Notes: generated by a model not told the origin, from the sequence alone. Positions 20,906-33,263 are shown, counted from the first letter of the whole stretch. The stretch: 59,890 bases of DNA, filler included, from Trypethelium eluteriae (GCA_051942245.1; 3 parts of 3 records of this genome joined end to end with filler, not necessarily neighbours in it); one strand, 5' to 3'. Translations and numbers: made by a program.

Positions 20906-23150
20906 CTAGCTCTTTGGCTTTCGCTTATAGCGTATTGGTCTTGCGCCCTGAGCAATGGCGCCAGGATGAGCGCTGCGAGACATGGTCAAATGAGGGACAT
21001 CGTCCTCCGCGTGCATAGAAGCAAGTGCCTATCGAATTGATCATCAGCGTCCGTCAGAGCGTATCCGTTAAGGAGGAGTCCTTACAAAGGAGTCGGTGTT
21101 GTGCGCGAAATAGAGCATGACGCCTTCTCGAGTTTTCTTCGCACACAGCATGCCGAGGGCGCCTAAGGACTTGCTATTCTTGACGCTTGGGTGCCCTGTC
21201 TTAGAATTAGTACTCTTGGCAATAGAAGGTCACTCCTTAGAGCAAAGCAGATGTTGAAGCGACCTACCCATAAAGTCCGTCTCGATCATCGCTCGCAACG
21301 CCTCGTCGTCCTCCACGTGCTCGTACCCCCCACCCTTCACCTTCTTTACTCCCTGATACAGCCTCTCTGCGCATAATGTCGCCGCCATCGTCGTAGCCAT
21401 ATGTTCCCCCGTGCCGCTCGTCACGGCCGCCACTGAAGTCCTCGACTTGTCGTTGTCATCAGCAGGAACAACAGCGGCTCCAACGCCCACCAGCGCAGCG
21501 GGTCCGATGCGCCCACGATATTTCATGCCTATGCCGCCGGAGGATGCACCACAGGCGATGTGACCTTGGGAATCAATAGCGATAGCCCCAACGGTGTCTG
21601 TAATGTTATCAGTGCGGCATTCACTGCCAGGGCTTGGCTCTTCGTCTTGAGGTGACTCCTCGTTGCGAGACTCATCATCTATGTCCCTGTCGACATGCTC
21701 ATGTGAGCGAGGAAGAAAATGGATCGCTAAGGGAGACCGCGCAGTTGGTTGAGGAGGCAAAGGTGGGCTGCCCTTGTTCCTCATCGCTTTCAGGGGCGTC
21801 GAGGCACGCGGCGAAGGTGACTCGACGTTCTTCTCAGGAGGAGTGTCCGGCAACGGTAATCTTAAAGCCTCTGGAGGTATTGATGACCTCCTTTCAGACC
21901 CGGGAGGACTGGGTGTGAGTGACGGGAGTCGTAGCGTCGACTGGGACTTACTTGAACGTGAAGACAGTGAGGAGCCATCGCCCCCATAATCCAAATCGGG
22001 CTCCTCAGGGTTATCAACATCGCTCAAGTCATCACCAGATAACCCGTTGGATAAAGCGAGTCCATCTGCTGCAACGAATTGCTGGTCAAGTACGCTCTCT
22101 GTGCTGTTCACCAGTGCACTTCTCGAAGCGTGCTTGTAGATAGACTGAGGCGGTCCTCGCGGGTCAATAAAGTCGTCCATGTCTACGTCTATATTTTGAC
22201 TTCCAGGCGAAGACATTGGAGTAGAATTCGCTGTTGAGTAATCTGAATTCTGCATGTCAGCATTTCTCCGTGCCTCCGAGGTCGGCGGCGACGGTTGTTG
22301 TGTATCGACGGCAGCGACGCTTGTGGAACTACGCGAGTCGCTGGAGCGAGCTTTGGCTTTGACAGACTGACCAAATACAAATCCTGTTTCAGACATCGAA
22401 GCGACTGGGGGAGGGTCGTTAAAGGCTCTGGATCTCCTTTTAGCATCCCGAAATTTCTTTTCAGCGGCCTCCAAATCCTGTTTCCATCGAAGCCATCGCT
22501 CCCGAGCAGCAGGCGAGATAAGCGCATCTGGAGGAAGTGTTGGCATCCCATTCTCGAAAGCGAAGTCTACAGCTCCTCTTCCGACTAGCAAGTTCGGTGG
22601 GACTCGTCGGAGACTGAGCTCTTTTGTGGAATGCTCGTATATGAGTCTCGCCAAGGAGATTGGGTTCTTAATTTCTGAGCCGATGCGGCATTAGCCAAAG
22701 ACGTAGCGAGAAAAATTAGGCAAACTCACCGGGAACTGCCCCCGCTCCACCGCTTCGTCCGAGATGATCTACCACCGAAGAATCGCACTCCACCGTTCCG
22801 TCTATTGAGAGGTTGCTCCCGTAACCCGCATTTGTAATTTCTCGGTCCTCCAAGATCCTGACAGCCATCTCAACAGCGTCCATTGCGGATCCACCAGTAC
22901 GAAGCACTGCCATGGCTGCCCTAGCTGAACTACTCCAGAGTTAGCTACTGAGATCCGACAATACAGAGCTAAAGTGAAGGAAATTAATAATAAGGGTTGA
23001 GATTTCCAGATCACAGACTTACTCTTCACATGCGGAAAGGTGGACATTTTCATTCTGAACACTGTGAAATCCGGCACCTGCGTGGACGAAGATGCAGGGA
23101 AGCTCGTGCATCTTCCGGTTCTTCGTGCTTCTGAACACGCTTGTATTCAT
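20906..23150 (-). CDS. Threonine aspartase (taspase-1-like, asparaginase-2/Ntn hydrolase); exons 23150-23023, 22929-22730, 22674-21268, 21195-21086, 21028-20906 (start uncertain)
   Basis: [35 protein letters not shown], autocleavage [13 protein letters not shown]...[20 protein letters not shown]; four GT-AG introns keep the frame. Confidence 0.88.
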
Positions 23151-24331
23151 TTCTCTTCGCGTGTGAAGATTCTCCGAGAGAGCCGAAGCCTGATCGCCGA
23201 TGTGATCTTTGAAGTGTTCAAATCGAACGCTAAAACGCCGGCGTAGAGAGTTGTTCAACTTGTCTAACGTATCGGCGTCTACCCCAAGAAGAGTGGACCT
23301 GTCAAGCTCCTGACCCAAGCGACTCGTACTGTGAATATCGGTACTAGCCAGTTCACCACGGCGACTTCCTATCGAAAAGCTGCTCTTCTTTGGTAGCTGA
23401 AAATGTACCTCTTTCTTAGAAGGTTGCTCGTAGCCCGGTGAGAACGAGGGAACGGTGTAAGACCTCCTCTTCCGACAGCAGAAAATTTTCACGGCGTTCC
23501 GAAATAAAGAGCTTCAAGGTCTAGCAGGGCATCCAACGGTGGAGATCGTTGGACGTCAAGGATAGTCGCAGAGTTAGACCGAACGAGCTGGATATAGTGG
23601 CGTGTGTGTCGGGTGAGCAGTTCGAGGAGGCCGCTTGAGGCAAATCACTAAGTCGTCCCGCTTGCCGTAGAGATGTCGGAAAAATGGGATTAGGAAGTAG
23701 GTCTAGGTAATGGAGGATTCGAGAGAATAGCTGTATAACCCGGGACCGAAGTAGAAAGAATTGAGGGAGCGTGTGAGCTGCTCAAGCACGCTGGCTCGAA
23801 TAAGAAGGATAGAAAGAGCTCGTCTGAGTGATTCAAAAAGTCGCAGTGTTGGCATGACTACCTCAACAAACCCACTGCAACCGCGACTGCTTCTTCCGGC
23901 AGTCACTGTTTTTTCTACACGTCCAGGAACGTCATCCTCCATTATCACCAAAAGCACGCGTGACTTAGACGCGATATCGAGGATACCTACTGACTACATC
24001 TACACGCTTTTTTTCATCATGATTGATTTGGTATAGATTGTTGCTTGCAGATACATGTATGTAAAGCTTTAGAAGAAGATGCCCTGCCTTACCTAAGGTA
24101 GAGTTGCGGCGAACTTTGCTTTCCGCTTACGTAACCCGCGTTTTAATCAACAGCTCCGTTATTGCGAAGCTCTTGCTGCCTCTCTACTTGACGCTTACAG
24201 ACACTATCCAGTCTGCCCATAGTAACCGCCCTCCACCCGCCAGTTCAGTTCCTTCTGGGGCTACAATAGCAATCTTTCGAGTTCTCCAACTTATCAATCC
24301 TCGATAAGTTATTTCCACAAATCTACCGACC

Positions 24332-24938
24332 ATGGTAAGCTCCACCGTTCCTCACCTTACACATCTGCTCTACTAATCTCAACCTTCTAGACTTCAAATC
24401 TCCGCCTTACACCCTCCAACGGCAACCTCAACACCACGCAGCCCCGTCCCTCTGCCCCTTCAGCCCCGGGTGTCCATGATACGCTCCGCTCCAACCTTTC
24501 CCTTTCGCAGCCCTCCTCTCTCAAATCCTCCTCGGACTACACTTCTACTCAGCAACCAACCTCGTCTCATCCTCTTGAATCTCGGTTGGCCAACTGGCGT
24601 GCTACGCAGGACGCGTTGAAGATGGAAGGGCTGCGCCGCACGTACGGGATCGCGGAGCCGGTACGGCGCGGCATGGAGATGAAGATTGTGGAGGGAACCG
24701 AGTGGCGGCCGAGGGTCATGGGTGGGGAGAAGGCTGGAGGCGTACATGCGGATGTATTGAGAGGAAGAGATTGCGAAGTGGATTGGGAGGATGTGTTTAC
24801 AGGTAAGCATTTACGGCTTTGTATACAGGGATTTGAGTGAACGATAGGTGCTGACGTTTTCTCCTTCTAGGTGACGAGGGACGAGAGGTGCCCGACTTCC
24901 ACACGGAGATGGAGGCGAGGATGAAGCTGAATTGGTGA
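24332..24938 (+). CDS. UMP1: Proteasome maturation factor Ump1/POMP, 160 aa; exons 24332-24334, 24391-24802, 24871-24938
   Basis: APSAPGVHDTLR, HPLESRLANW, LRRTYGIAEPVRRGME, WEDVF, FHTEMEARM; ATG|GTAAGC first exon. Confidence 0.9.
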
Positions 24939-25526
24939 AAGTCGATGGGCGGCTGGCTTGATTACGGGTGAGCGTCGAGGTTTTCTTGCACTACACGGAT
25001 CCGTAGATGGCGTCCGAAAGAGCAAAACGGCACTGTACAATAATGCAATTTCATGTACTACATGCTCGTCCCGCAAATCGCAGACGTAAGTCTGAGTCTA
25101 TGGTACACGCGCAAACAGCGATAGTAAATTGAAAACGCAACGCGCAACGCTTATGCCAGTCCCGCTGAGGCACGAATAGAGGCGTTACGATATCCCGTCC
25201 ATTAAGATCGCATATGTGACCTCGAACTGTAGCCCAAATTATCATCACATGAGACAGATGCAGAGCAACATGCTCAAACAGAACCCCATGGAATCCAGAA
25301 GCCCAGTACTCCGTCGCGGGTTCCACGGATATTCCAAACGCCATATCAAGGGTGGAGAGAGGGCGATAGAAGCGAGTGATAGGTCCACCGAGAAATGAGA
25401 CAATCCCAGGATGTCGTAGTTGGCTCTTTTGATGAAGTTACGCTGATTCGACCTTCTTCCAACTTACTGGTCCTCCTTATATACTTCTTTGCATGCCTCG
25501 TCGTAAGCGCATACAAAGCGGGGATC

Positions 25527-26417
25527 TTAAAGAATCACGCATCGGCAACCGGGTGTATGTTCATCGCCATGCTGATGACGGCCACTGCTACCTTTTGCAG
25601 TCTTGCCGTCTTCGTCATCGAGTAATTCCTGCGGTTTGATGGTCATGTGAACAACGTTTGTGGCATCAGGAAGAAATTTGCACTCTGTGATCGCATCAGC
25701 ACGTGCATCTGAAGGAAGCCAGCAAGCTCAAACTGCTCAAATGCTTTCGCGGAAAAGCGCACACTATCCAGCACACATCCTCAAGACAGGAAGGATTCGC
25801 CTACCTTTCAACGCCATCTTATCGTCCAACATCCTCCCGAAATGAATTAACCGTATCGCGCTCGGATTATTCGGCTTCGCTTCCCAATCCTCGCGCCAAT
25901 CCCTCCAGATCAGCTCCTTGAGCGTGTACACGCTGATTGCAAATGGATCCACAACGCCATTCTGGTCAACCTCGTCCACGCTTACGTTACGGCGCCGCAG
26001 ATACTTCTCGTCGACTTTATATGGGTGGCGCGCGCCGCTGGTCAGTAAAAGCGTGATCATGACGGCAGGCCCTGTGGAGCTGTCATGCTGAAGGGGAGGA
26101 TCATCTGAGGAGGGGCCAATGGCTTCGGTTTCTCGCCGTTGAAGAGACGCGGTGTTTGGCTTTGAGGATTGAGGAGAGGGTTGCGTTTGATCAAGTCCAC
26201 TTTGATCCGCGGGCTGGGTTGAAGGACCAGAGGTTGGTTCTGGGTTTGGTAGAGCCGTGGAGCTGAGTGTTGGGGTTGTTGGATCTTGTGGTGAATTTGA
26301 TTCTGGCGGCGTCATGAAGCTAGTCATTTCGAGGGGACTGGAGGGTGTCATTTCTCCCAATTGAGGGACGTCTGTTGTGCCGTTTGGGGCGGTGGAGGGT
26401 ATGGTTGACGATGCCAT
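25527..26417 (-). CDS. Membrane-anchored ubiquitin-fold protein (UBL3/MUB-like), 256 aa, C-terminal CAAX; exons 26417-25805, 25684-25527
   Basis: ITLLLTSGARHP...SVYTLKELIWRDW...IRLIHFGRMLDD|...NVVHMTIKP; ends GCRCVIL* (CAAX plus upstream Cys). Confidence 0.85.
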
Positions 26418-28113
26418 CCTGAGACCGCGGAGTTATGGAGAGCAGACAGTATCTGTGCTAATGAGAATGGAATAACGATTGCCACAGTGAATGAATGTGA
26501 TTAATGAGTTGCAAAGATGGAAGAATTGTCAGTATCAATCACCGATCAATGAGGAACGGAAACAAATCATTGGGGATTGGGGATTGTAGATGGGAGGTCT
26601 TGGCAGACGGGAGCGCACCAAGCGGGAAGCGTTTGAGGCTGCGGGAGGTGCACAGGTGCACGAGTGCACAGGCCCGATCTGGCAGAGGATGGAGATGCTG
26701 GCCAGAACAGGAAGCCCCGCCGGCCAGAAGTCGTCGACGTGATGAAATCCCCCTCGTTATTAAACCAATCCCCGCCTACTAGACCTCGCAAAGCCTACCC
26801 GACCAATCGTCATTGATGATGAACATGCCCGAGCGCATACTTCATATCGTAACGAATAGTTGCGCCCTGTTCTTGAGAGATGACACAGCAGCTGTAATTC
26901 AACCTTCCAACACGGTGGTAGCACATGAATTGACAAAGGGTGAAATACGGAACCAGTCTTCAGATTAGGGTTTCTAGAGCCCCCACAAAAAGCGCGCAGA
27001 TCGGTAGACCAGCGCCTTACGAAATCCTACCTTTCCGTGGATTAAAACTCCCTTCTCCTACGTACACCCAGTGACCGTAATGGCATAGACCGGCAAAGCG
27101 TATGTCCAATATACAGCATGGAGTACGGAGTACGGAGCACTTGTCGTTACATCCCTGTACTGCGGACAGGCGGACTGATCTCAGCAACAGTTCCCCAGAG
27201 CGGATGGCCAAATCCTGGAAGCCACCGATGTGGGTGCCCGCCCCAGAGTAATCTACGTATGATACTGTACCGATCTCAATATGACCGTTCGTAGAGACCC
27301 TAAGGACCCGGTACGCTTAGAGCAGCACCAAGAATTGCCCAAGGGAGGAATATCGGAGAATGAAAAGTTGGGCGGCCAAAGGGTGAAAGTACTGCGTACA
27401 TAATACCTATCGACGTCAGTCATCAAGACATCCCATGGGTTCCTATTACAACCAGCAGCTTGCGAGTGATCTTCAATGGTAGTCTACGTGGTTGTAATGA
27501 GAGCTGAATGCGGTCTGTCTCCTTAATTACAGTGAGTAATTTCAGATTCTACGGCCTACATCCACTGGATAAACCAGAATGCACGATAACTGCAAAAGCC
27601 GAGACATCTACGGAGTACTAGCCTAACAGTAATGACAACAAACTTCAGGATCACCAGCCCTTACGCATTCTTACGCCAAACAAGCATTCGAATCCAAAAT
27701 GCACCAGCCAGAGTCTGCGTCCCTGATTGTATGCATATCAATTTGCAGCTGACAACAGCAATTCCATGGCGGTATAGAGCATCATATCGAAAATATCATA
27801 ATCATTTCAGAATGCCCGGAAATCAGCCGAACTATTCCGTGCCAGGACGCAATTACTGCCTTGGTGGCCTTCGTGCTTCCGCTCCTGGTCCAGTAAGATT
27901 AGCTGGCTGACTTGTCGTCGCATTACCTTACTCTGTTGACGTCTACTATCCTAACAGGTGTCAAAAAGGTGATTCACACAATATCTACTCACGTTTCCTG
28001 GCAACAGCTCTGTAACTTTATTATGCTGTTGCTTTGAAGCGATGTTAGCGGTTCCCTCGAGTAGTCAAACTTCGAGTCGCTTCTCTCTCGGATTCAAAGC
28101 GCGATACGGAGTA

Positions 28114-28528
28114 CAGTAGTTATTCGATATTACGTAATTTTATATAGCGAAATATGCGATACAACGAAAAATTTTCGAGTTTCTAGCAAATTTGTATGAG
28201 AATAACGAATTTATTCGATACTCGGAAATTCGTTATTTTCGGCCTGAATTTCGCTATATCGAATACAAATTCTGGTGTTTCTGATACGACTAGGCCTGTT
28301 TTGGCAGCCCAGCCCTACCTCTTACGTACCAGTAAAGCATCAAGCTAGTCCCAAAACGTCTAGCGCTGCTTCAGTGCAGTCAGCTGATCTCGGCGACCTC
28401 CTACGCCTGCGATACTAAGCCTAAACAGGAAGCCTCACTAATCACGTGTCAATTTGCTACTACGGATTATTCGCTATCACGTACGTAGGGGGGCCGGATT
28501 TTTGATACGTTATATCGAATAACTACTG
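28114..28528. mobile_element. Non-autonomous Tc1/mariner-superfamily MITE (415 bp)
   Basis: Left end CAGTAGTTATTCGATATTACGTA and right end reverse-complement CAGTAGTTATTCGATATAACGTA (one mismatch in 23 bp); TA on both sides (28112-28113, 28529-28530); AT-rich, no ORF. Confidence 0.85.
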
Positions 28529-29103
28529 TACTCAGTAGATGGTCAGGGTCAAAATAGGGAGTAGGCTAGAACTTCTGCAATTTCTGGTGCCCCACATGTT
28601 TGAAACAGTGGGCACTTGCTCCTTAAACGCCAGCCCTGCACCCCGGGATGCCTGGGCTCAGCCGCCTATCGGCTTGCGATTGGCGATCCATCTTGGCGAT
28701 CTCCTACCATGCGGTGGTGCCACAGCTTTTGAACCTCGCAGGGGGAAATTGAGGGGGATCTGGCAAATTCCCAAGAAACAGCGGTGTTCAAACGCGTGGC
28801 TTCGAAACAACCTTGAAGCTTACCATGTATATGCAAGCGCCCGTAGACCGGTGCAGTCCGCCACAGTCACGACCTGGCCAGCGCGACTTGAAACATGCAT
28901 TATTCACCGAGAGTAACACTGCACCACTGGGTCATTTCCAGGAGTGTGATTAACCTTGGCAGTACAATGAAGTGAAAAACTCGAGGTCTTCTCTCCCCTG
29001 TAGTTCTGCACCCACATTCATTCACTCACTCTTTTTTTCTGGGTTGTTTTTCCCACAGTCTCTCTTTCAAACTTCAGTCACTCTTTTGATCAATTACTTC
29101 AGG

Positions 29104-30415
29104 ATGGTTTCTTTCTCTTCACTCTTTTTGGCTGGCTCCGCCATTGCTGGTGTCTTTGGTGCTCCTCGACCTGACCTGGGCAAGACCCTCAGCAAGCGCA
29201 CTACTGCTACTCCGAATGGCGAGGGCATGGGAAATGACGGGTTTTTCTACTCTATCTGGTCGGATGGTGGTGATGATATGACTTTTACGAATGGTGCCGA
29301 TGGTGAATACAGCCTCAACTGGTCTGGGTCTGGGGACGTCGTCTGTGGAAAGGGCTGGAAAACTGGAAGCGATCAGTGCGTAAAATCCACAAGGTATCGA
29401 TCTCTTATGGAGTCTATATACTGATCCATTTCGCAGGAACATTACTTACAGCGGCACCTACGAACCGGATGGCGGAAGTTTCCTGTCTATTTATGGTTGG
29501 TTCACCGACCCTCTTACCGAGTACTACATTCTTGAAAACTACGGCACTGCCGATCCATCCTACGGCACCGAGCTCGTGGGCAACTTGACTAGTGATGGAT
29601 CTGTCTACTCGATTCACAAGACCGTACGCGTAAACGCGGCTTCAATTGAAGGCACGACCACCTTCAACCAGTTCTGGTCCATCCGACAAGACAAGCGGGT
29701 CGGCGGCACTATAAACACAGCCAATCATTTCAACGCATGGAAAGCAGCTGGCTTGGAGTTTAGCGGCTTTCACTACCAGATTATCGCCACTGAGGGCATC
29801 TCCGGCAGTGGCAAATCCAATATTAAAATAGCCGCTGCAGGCTCCGCTGATGCCAGTTCAAGCGCTGCTCAACCTTCATCGGCTGCTCCATCACCGTCAA
29901 CGGCGAGTTCTGTGGCATCATCTGCCGTGAGTCCTGTGGCATACTCTACGACCGAGCCTGCGACATCGTCTCCTGTTAGCTCTCCGGCATCATCCGTTGT
30001 GAACCCCGTGGTATCATCTGTGGCGAGCTCCATCGCGGTTTCTCCTACAATTTCGATAGCATCTTCTTCTGTTGACTCCATCCCATCTTCCGCCGCTAGG
30101 AGCTCCGAAGTAAGCTCGACCATTGCAGCCACAACGTCATCCGCAACGAGCTCTGCTCCATCTTTCTCTGCCACATCTATCGCTGCTCCAGCCGTGCCCA
30201 GTGGAGCTTCTTCGGCTACTTCATCCACTTCCTCCACTGAAGAGGTTGTCGCAACCACTACTGTGGTAACGACTACCGAAGTCACCGTCACTATTTTTGC
30301 GTCCGACACTGGCACATCTAAATCTGCACCCACTGGCAATGTGGCACAAGCGGGCTCTTGGTGGCACCACCATTCACACCCTAGGGACCAGACATTTGGA
30401 CACCGCCGTCTTTAG
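29104..30415 (+). CDS. Secreted GH11 endo-1,4-beta-xylanase with long Ser/Thr/Ala-rich tail, 416 aa; exons 29104-29375, 29437-30415
   Basis: Signal peptide MVSFSSLFLAGSAIAGVFG with KR propeptide; FFYSIWSDG, GKGW, YGW, catalytic EYY and ATEG, SIEGTTTFNQFWSIR, NHFNAW. Confidence 0.93.
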
Positions 30416-31451
30416 GGCGTTCGCGCTTAGTACGTCAACTGAGACCACACTTTGGAAACGAAAGAGCGGATGGAAATGAATTTGAATGGCTAATCGCTAT
30501 TGAACGGCCCACATCCTGATTCTGAAGACTCATGTCTTAATTCTGTTGTACATATTGGAAAGCTTTCCGGGAGCATTACGCTGAGCGAATTCAGTTCCCG
30601 GAGGTTTGCGACAAATGAAATCATTCGTTGTAGATATTGCAAGTCGATATTGATCACGGCCGCTGTCATGTGTATTTAAGCTGGTCTCTCCCATTTTGAC
30701 TTACCGAACTGTTAGCCGTACCAAACTACTAACCATCAGATTCCTGTCCCCAGTCCGTCACGAACGTTACTGGAGCGCCTAAGAAGATCGATCTCAGGAT
30801 CCAGAAAAACTTGTGAATATTTGCCGCGTTACCGTACGGTCTCCATTCCTAATGAATGCACGATGCATGGTCTCGCTTTTCTCGTATTTACACGAGGGTA
30901 TTTTCCTTATCAATAATCGTCCTCGAAGGTAGGGTAGGTAGCGTTCGGCTGCGGGGCAGTAAAGTTGCATAGTGTCTCCACTGTCTCTTATTGCAGGGGA
31001 ACCGAAAGGTACATTTGAAAAAGAGAAAAAGAGAAAAAGAGTAACTTGGAACAGTAGGAAGTTAAATAAATGAACGTACATGGGATCAAAGCGTGGATCT
31101 CTTGATTCGAAAGACACGTCCCCATTTTTGGCACCTGAATTCTTTGATTAAGTTCATATGGTACTTCAACAGGTTGTGAGGAAGGACTTTCCATTCTCCT
31201 ACAGTCTGGACGGTCCTACCGTTGAAATCGAGGGTAAGGAGATAAGGAGACGGGTTGCCGTTAAGCATGGTGCGCGGTTATCGTACTGCCAAAACCCCTG
31301 CACAACGTCAAACTTCACACATCTCACCAAAATCTAAAGTTACAACTTCACCATTTCACATATTTTCACCACTCTTATTGCTTAATCAGCAAGACGTGAG
31401 GCTTTTTGAATATCAAGCTTACTCTCAGCGATCTTTGCTTTAATCCTTGCA

Positions 31452-31536
31452 TAGGTCTCACCTCGCTGTGTAGGCCTCTCATACCTTTGTAGGTCTCCCC
31501 TCTCTGTGTAGGTCTCGTCTCTCTGCGCAGGTCTCG
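31452..31536. repeat. Minisatellite, 19-bp unit x4.5 (consensus TAGGTCTCNNCTCTCTGTG)
   Basis: taggtctcacctcgctgtg / taggcctctcatacctttg / taggtctcccctctctgtg / taggtctcgtctctctgcg / caggtctcg. Confidence 0.8.
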
Positions 31537-31702
31537 CACCAATCAAACAACAAATGGTGAGAATTATGTACTGGAGTGGTCCAGTGCACACGAAAGTCAT
31601 TTGTACCAGTGAGCCCCTTTGAAGGGCTGAGAAGATAATGTATATTTTAGCTAGCGAGTTGTTTGTTCTGACTATGTCTACCGCAGCCTCGAATGATCCT
31701 TC

Positions 31703-33263
31703 TCAAGTTTCCCATTCGTATTGCTTCACGTTCTCTACGCGAACACCTTGCATCTCTTCACGAACACCCAATACACTAACCTTACCAATTGTTACTCCAT
31801 CAGTCTCGTCCTTCATCCCTTTCCACCCAGCCAGGAGTCTCCGGAGTTCGCTCACAACCTGTTCGTCGTCTTTGATCAGAAGCACAATGGCATCATAGCC
31901 GCCAGCTCCAGGGACTACACCGCCAATCACCCCAGGAACATTACTGCATGCATCGAGGAGATGAGTTTGAGCAGGTGGCTCGATGGGCACTGCAGACAAC
32001 CTGGACATTTCTCGAATATGACTGCGAATTTTCCCTATACAGCTGGTGAGCGCTCCATAGTCACTCAGTCGACCCTCTTCAATGTCCTTTAGCTTCGTCG
32101 CTAGGTCCTCATTGCAGCTCTGCAATTCCGACCAAAGCTTGTTTGCAACATCGGGGTTCTCCTTTCGCCAAGCCAAGACCTTCTTCACCATGCCGGGGGT
32201 TTGTGAGCCGCAGTCAACGTCGCACATAACGAGTCTAATGCCCTTGGGAATGGCGACCGCAGATTTCTTAATTTCCGTATTCCACGTAGAAGCATGGCTC
32301 GATTCTTCGACTAAGGCTTTTAGGCGGGCCCCAAAATCTGGACTTCCGGAGGTACCAAGTGATTCGAGAAGGGACGGCGAGAACCTTCGATAGAGGCATG
32401 ATCCATACACTGCAGATGCCACGTCAAAGCCAGATCCGACTTTCCCTTGCGCTGCGCAGTGAGCAGCCTGTGCCAAGTTGTGAAGTCTTTTTCTGTCGGC
32501 CTCATTTGTCAAAGAGAAAGACCCTTCAGGAAGGTAATGGACGAGTAATGCGGCAGTGACTGCGGTAACCAAGGCCGCTGATGACCCAAGTCCAGTCTTA
32601 TGCGCTTCCCACAATGGAACCTGGAAGTCGAAAAACCTCTGTTGCTGGGCAGCGTTGGTTGGTGGTTCATCAGAATTTGGCTTAGTATAATAATCATTGT
32701 CTGCGAAGATAGTGATTGAGGCTGGCTGGAATGTGGGAGAGGCAATGGTAGCTACGTAGCTCAGGACAAAGCTTAAAGTTGTATCGAGAAAAGGATTTCG
32801 ATGGAGCTCGGACAGTGCATCACTACGCAAGTAAAGACGAGCAATGAGCGACGAACAACAATATCTACTATGCATGCTGCGCAGGGAAAGCCAATGACTA
32901 GTCCAATCGAAGTTCACAGGTTCTCTAGCATCACAAGGCTTCGATCGCATGCCACTGCAACTTTCGCAATACCAGAGAAGTCAAAGGAAAGTGTACTCAC
33001 ACTCTCAGCTGCGTAATATCAATACCACCTCCGTCCAGCGCCAGTCGATAGCCGTATGTCCAAGACGCATCTCTGAACTGAGGTGACTTTACAATGATCT
33101 CTGAAAGCGTGACACCAGGACTCGTTGGCAGAGGCTCGATAATGGCATGTATCCGGGCATCCAGTCCAAAGACAAGAGCCGTGTAAGCGCGATCCAACAC
33201 CAGGTAACCCCCAGCCAAGAACACCTTGCCAGGGGCCGACACAGCCTGGCGGGGAAGTGGCAT
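31703..33263 (-). CDS. ERG8: Phosphomevalonate kinase, 460 aa; exons 33263-33001, 32822-31703
   Basis: SAPGKVFLAGGYLVLD, GHMP motif KTGLGSSAA, HCAAQGKVGSGFDV, PGAGGYDA; 178-nt GTGAGT...TAG intron. Confidence 0.95.

Noticed and set aside
28564..28569. GGCTAG as an XlnR site for the xylanase; TGACGTCA at 545 and 10492 as ATF/CREB sites
   Set aside because: Isolated 6-8 bp matches cannot be distinguished from chance without conservation data.
32880..32945. Possible TPP riboswitch in the ERG8 intron
   Set aside because: Lacks the conserved CUGAGA and GAUAAU...GCG elements, and the gene is unrelated to thiamine metabolism.
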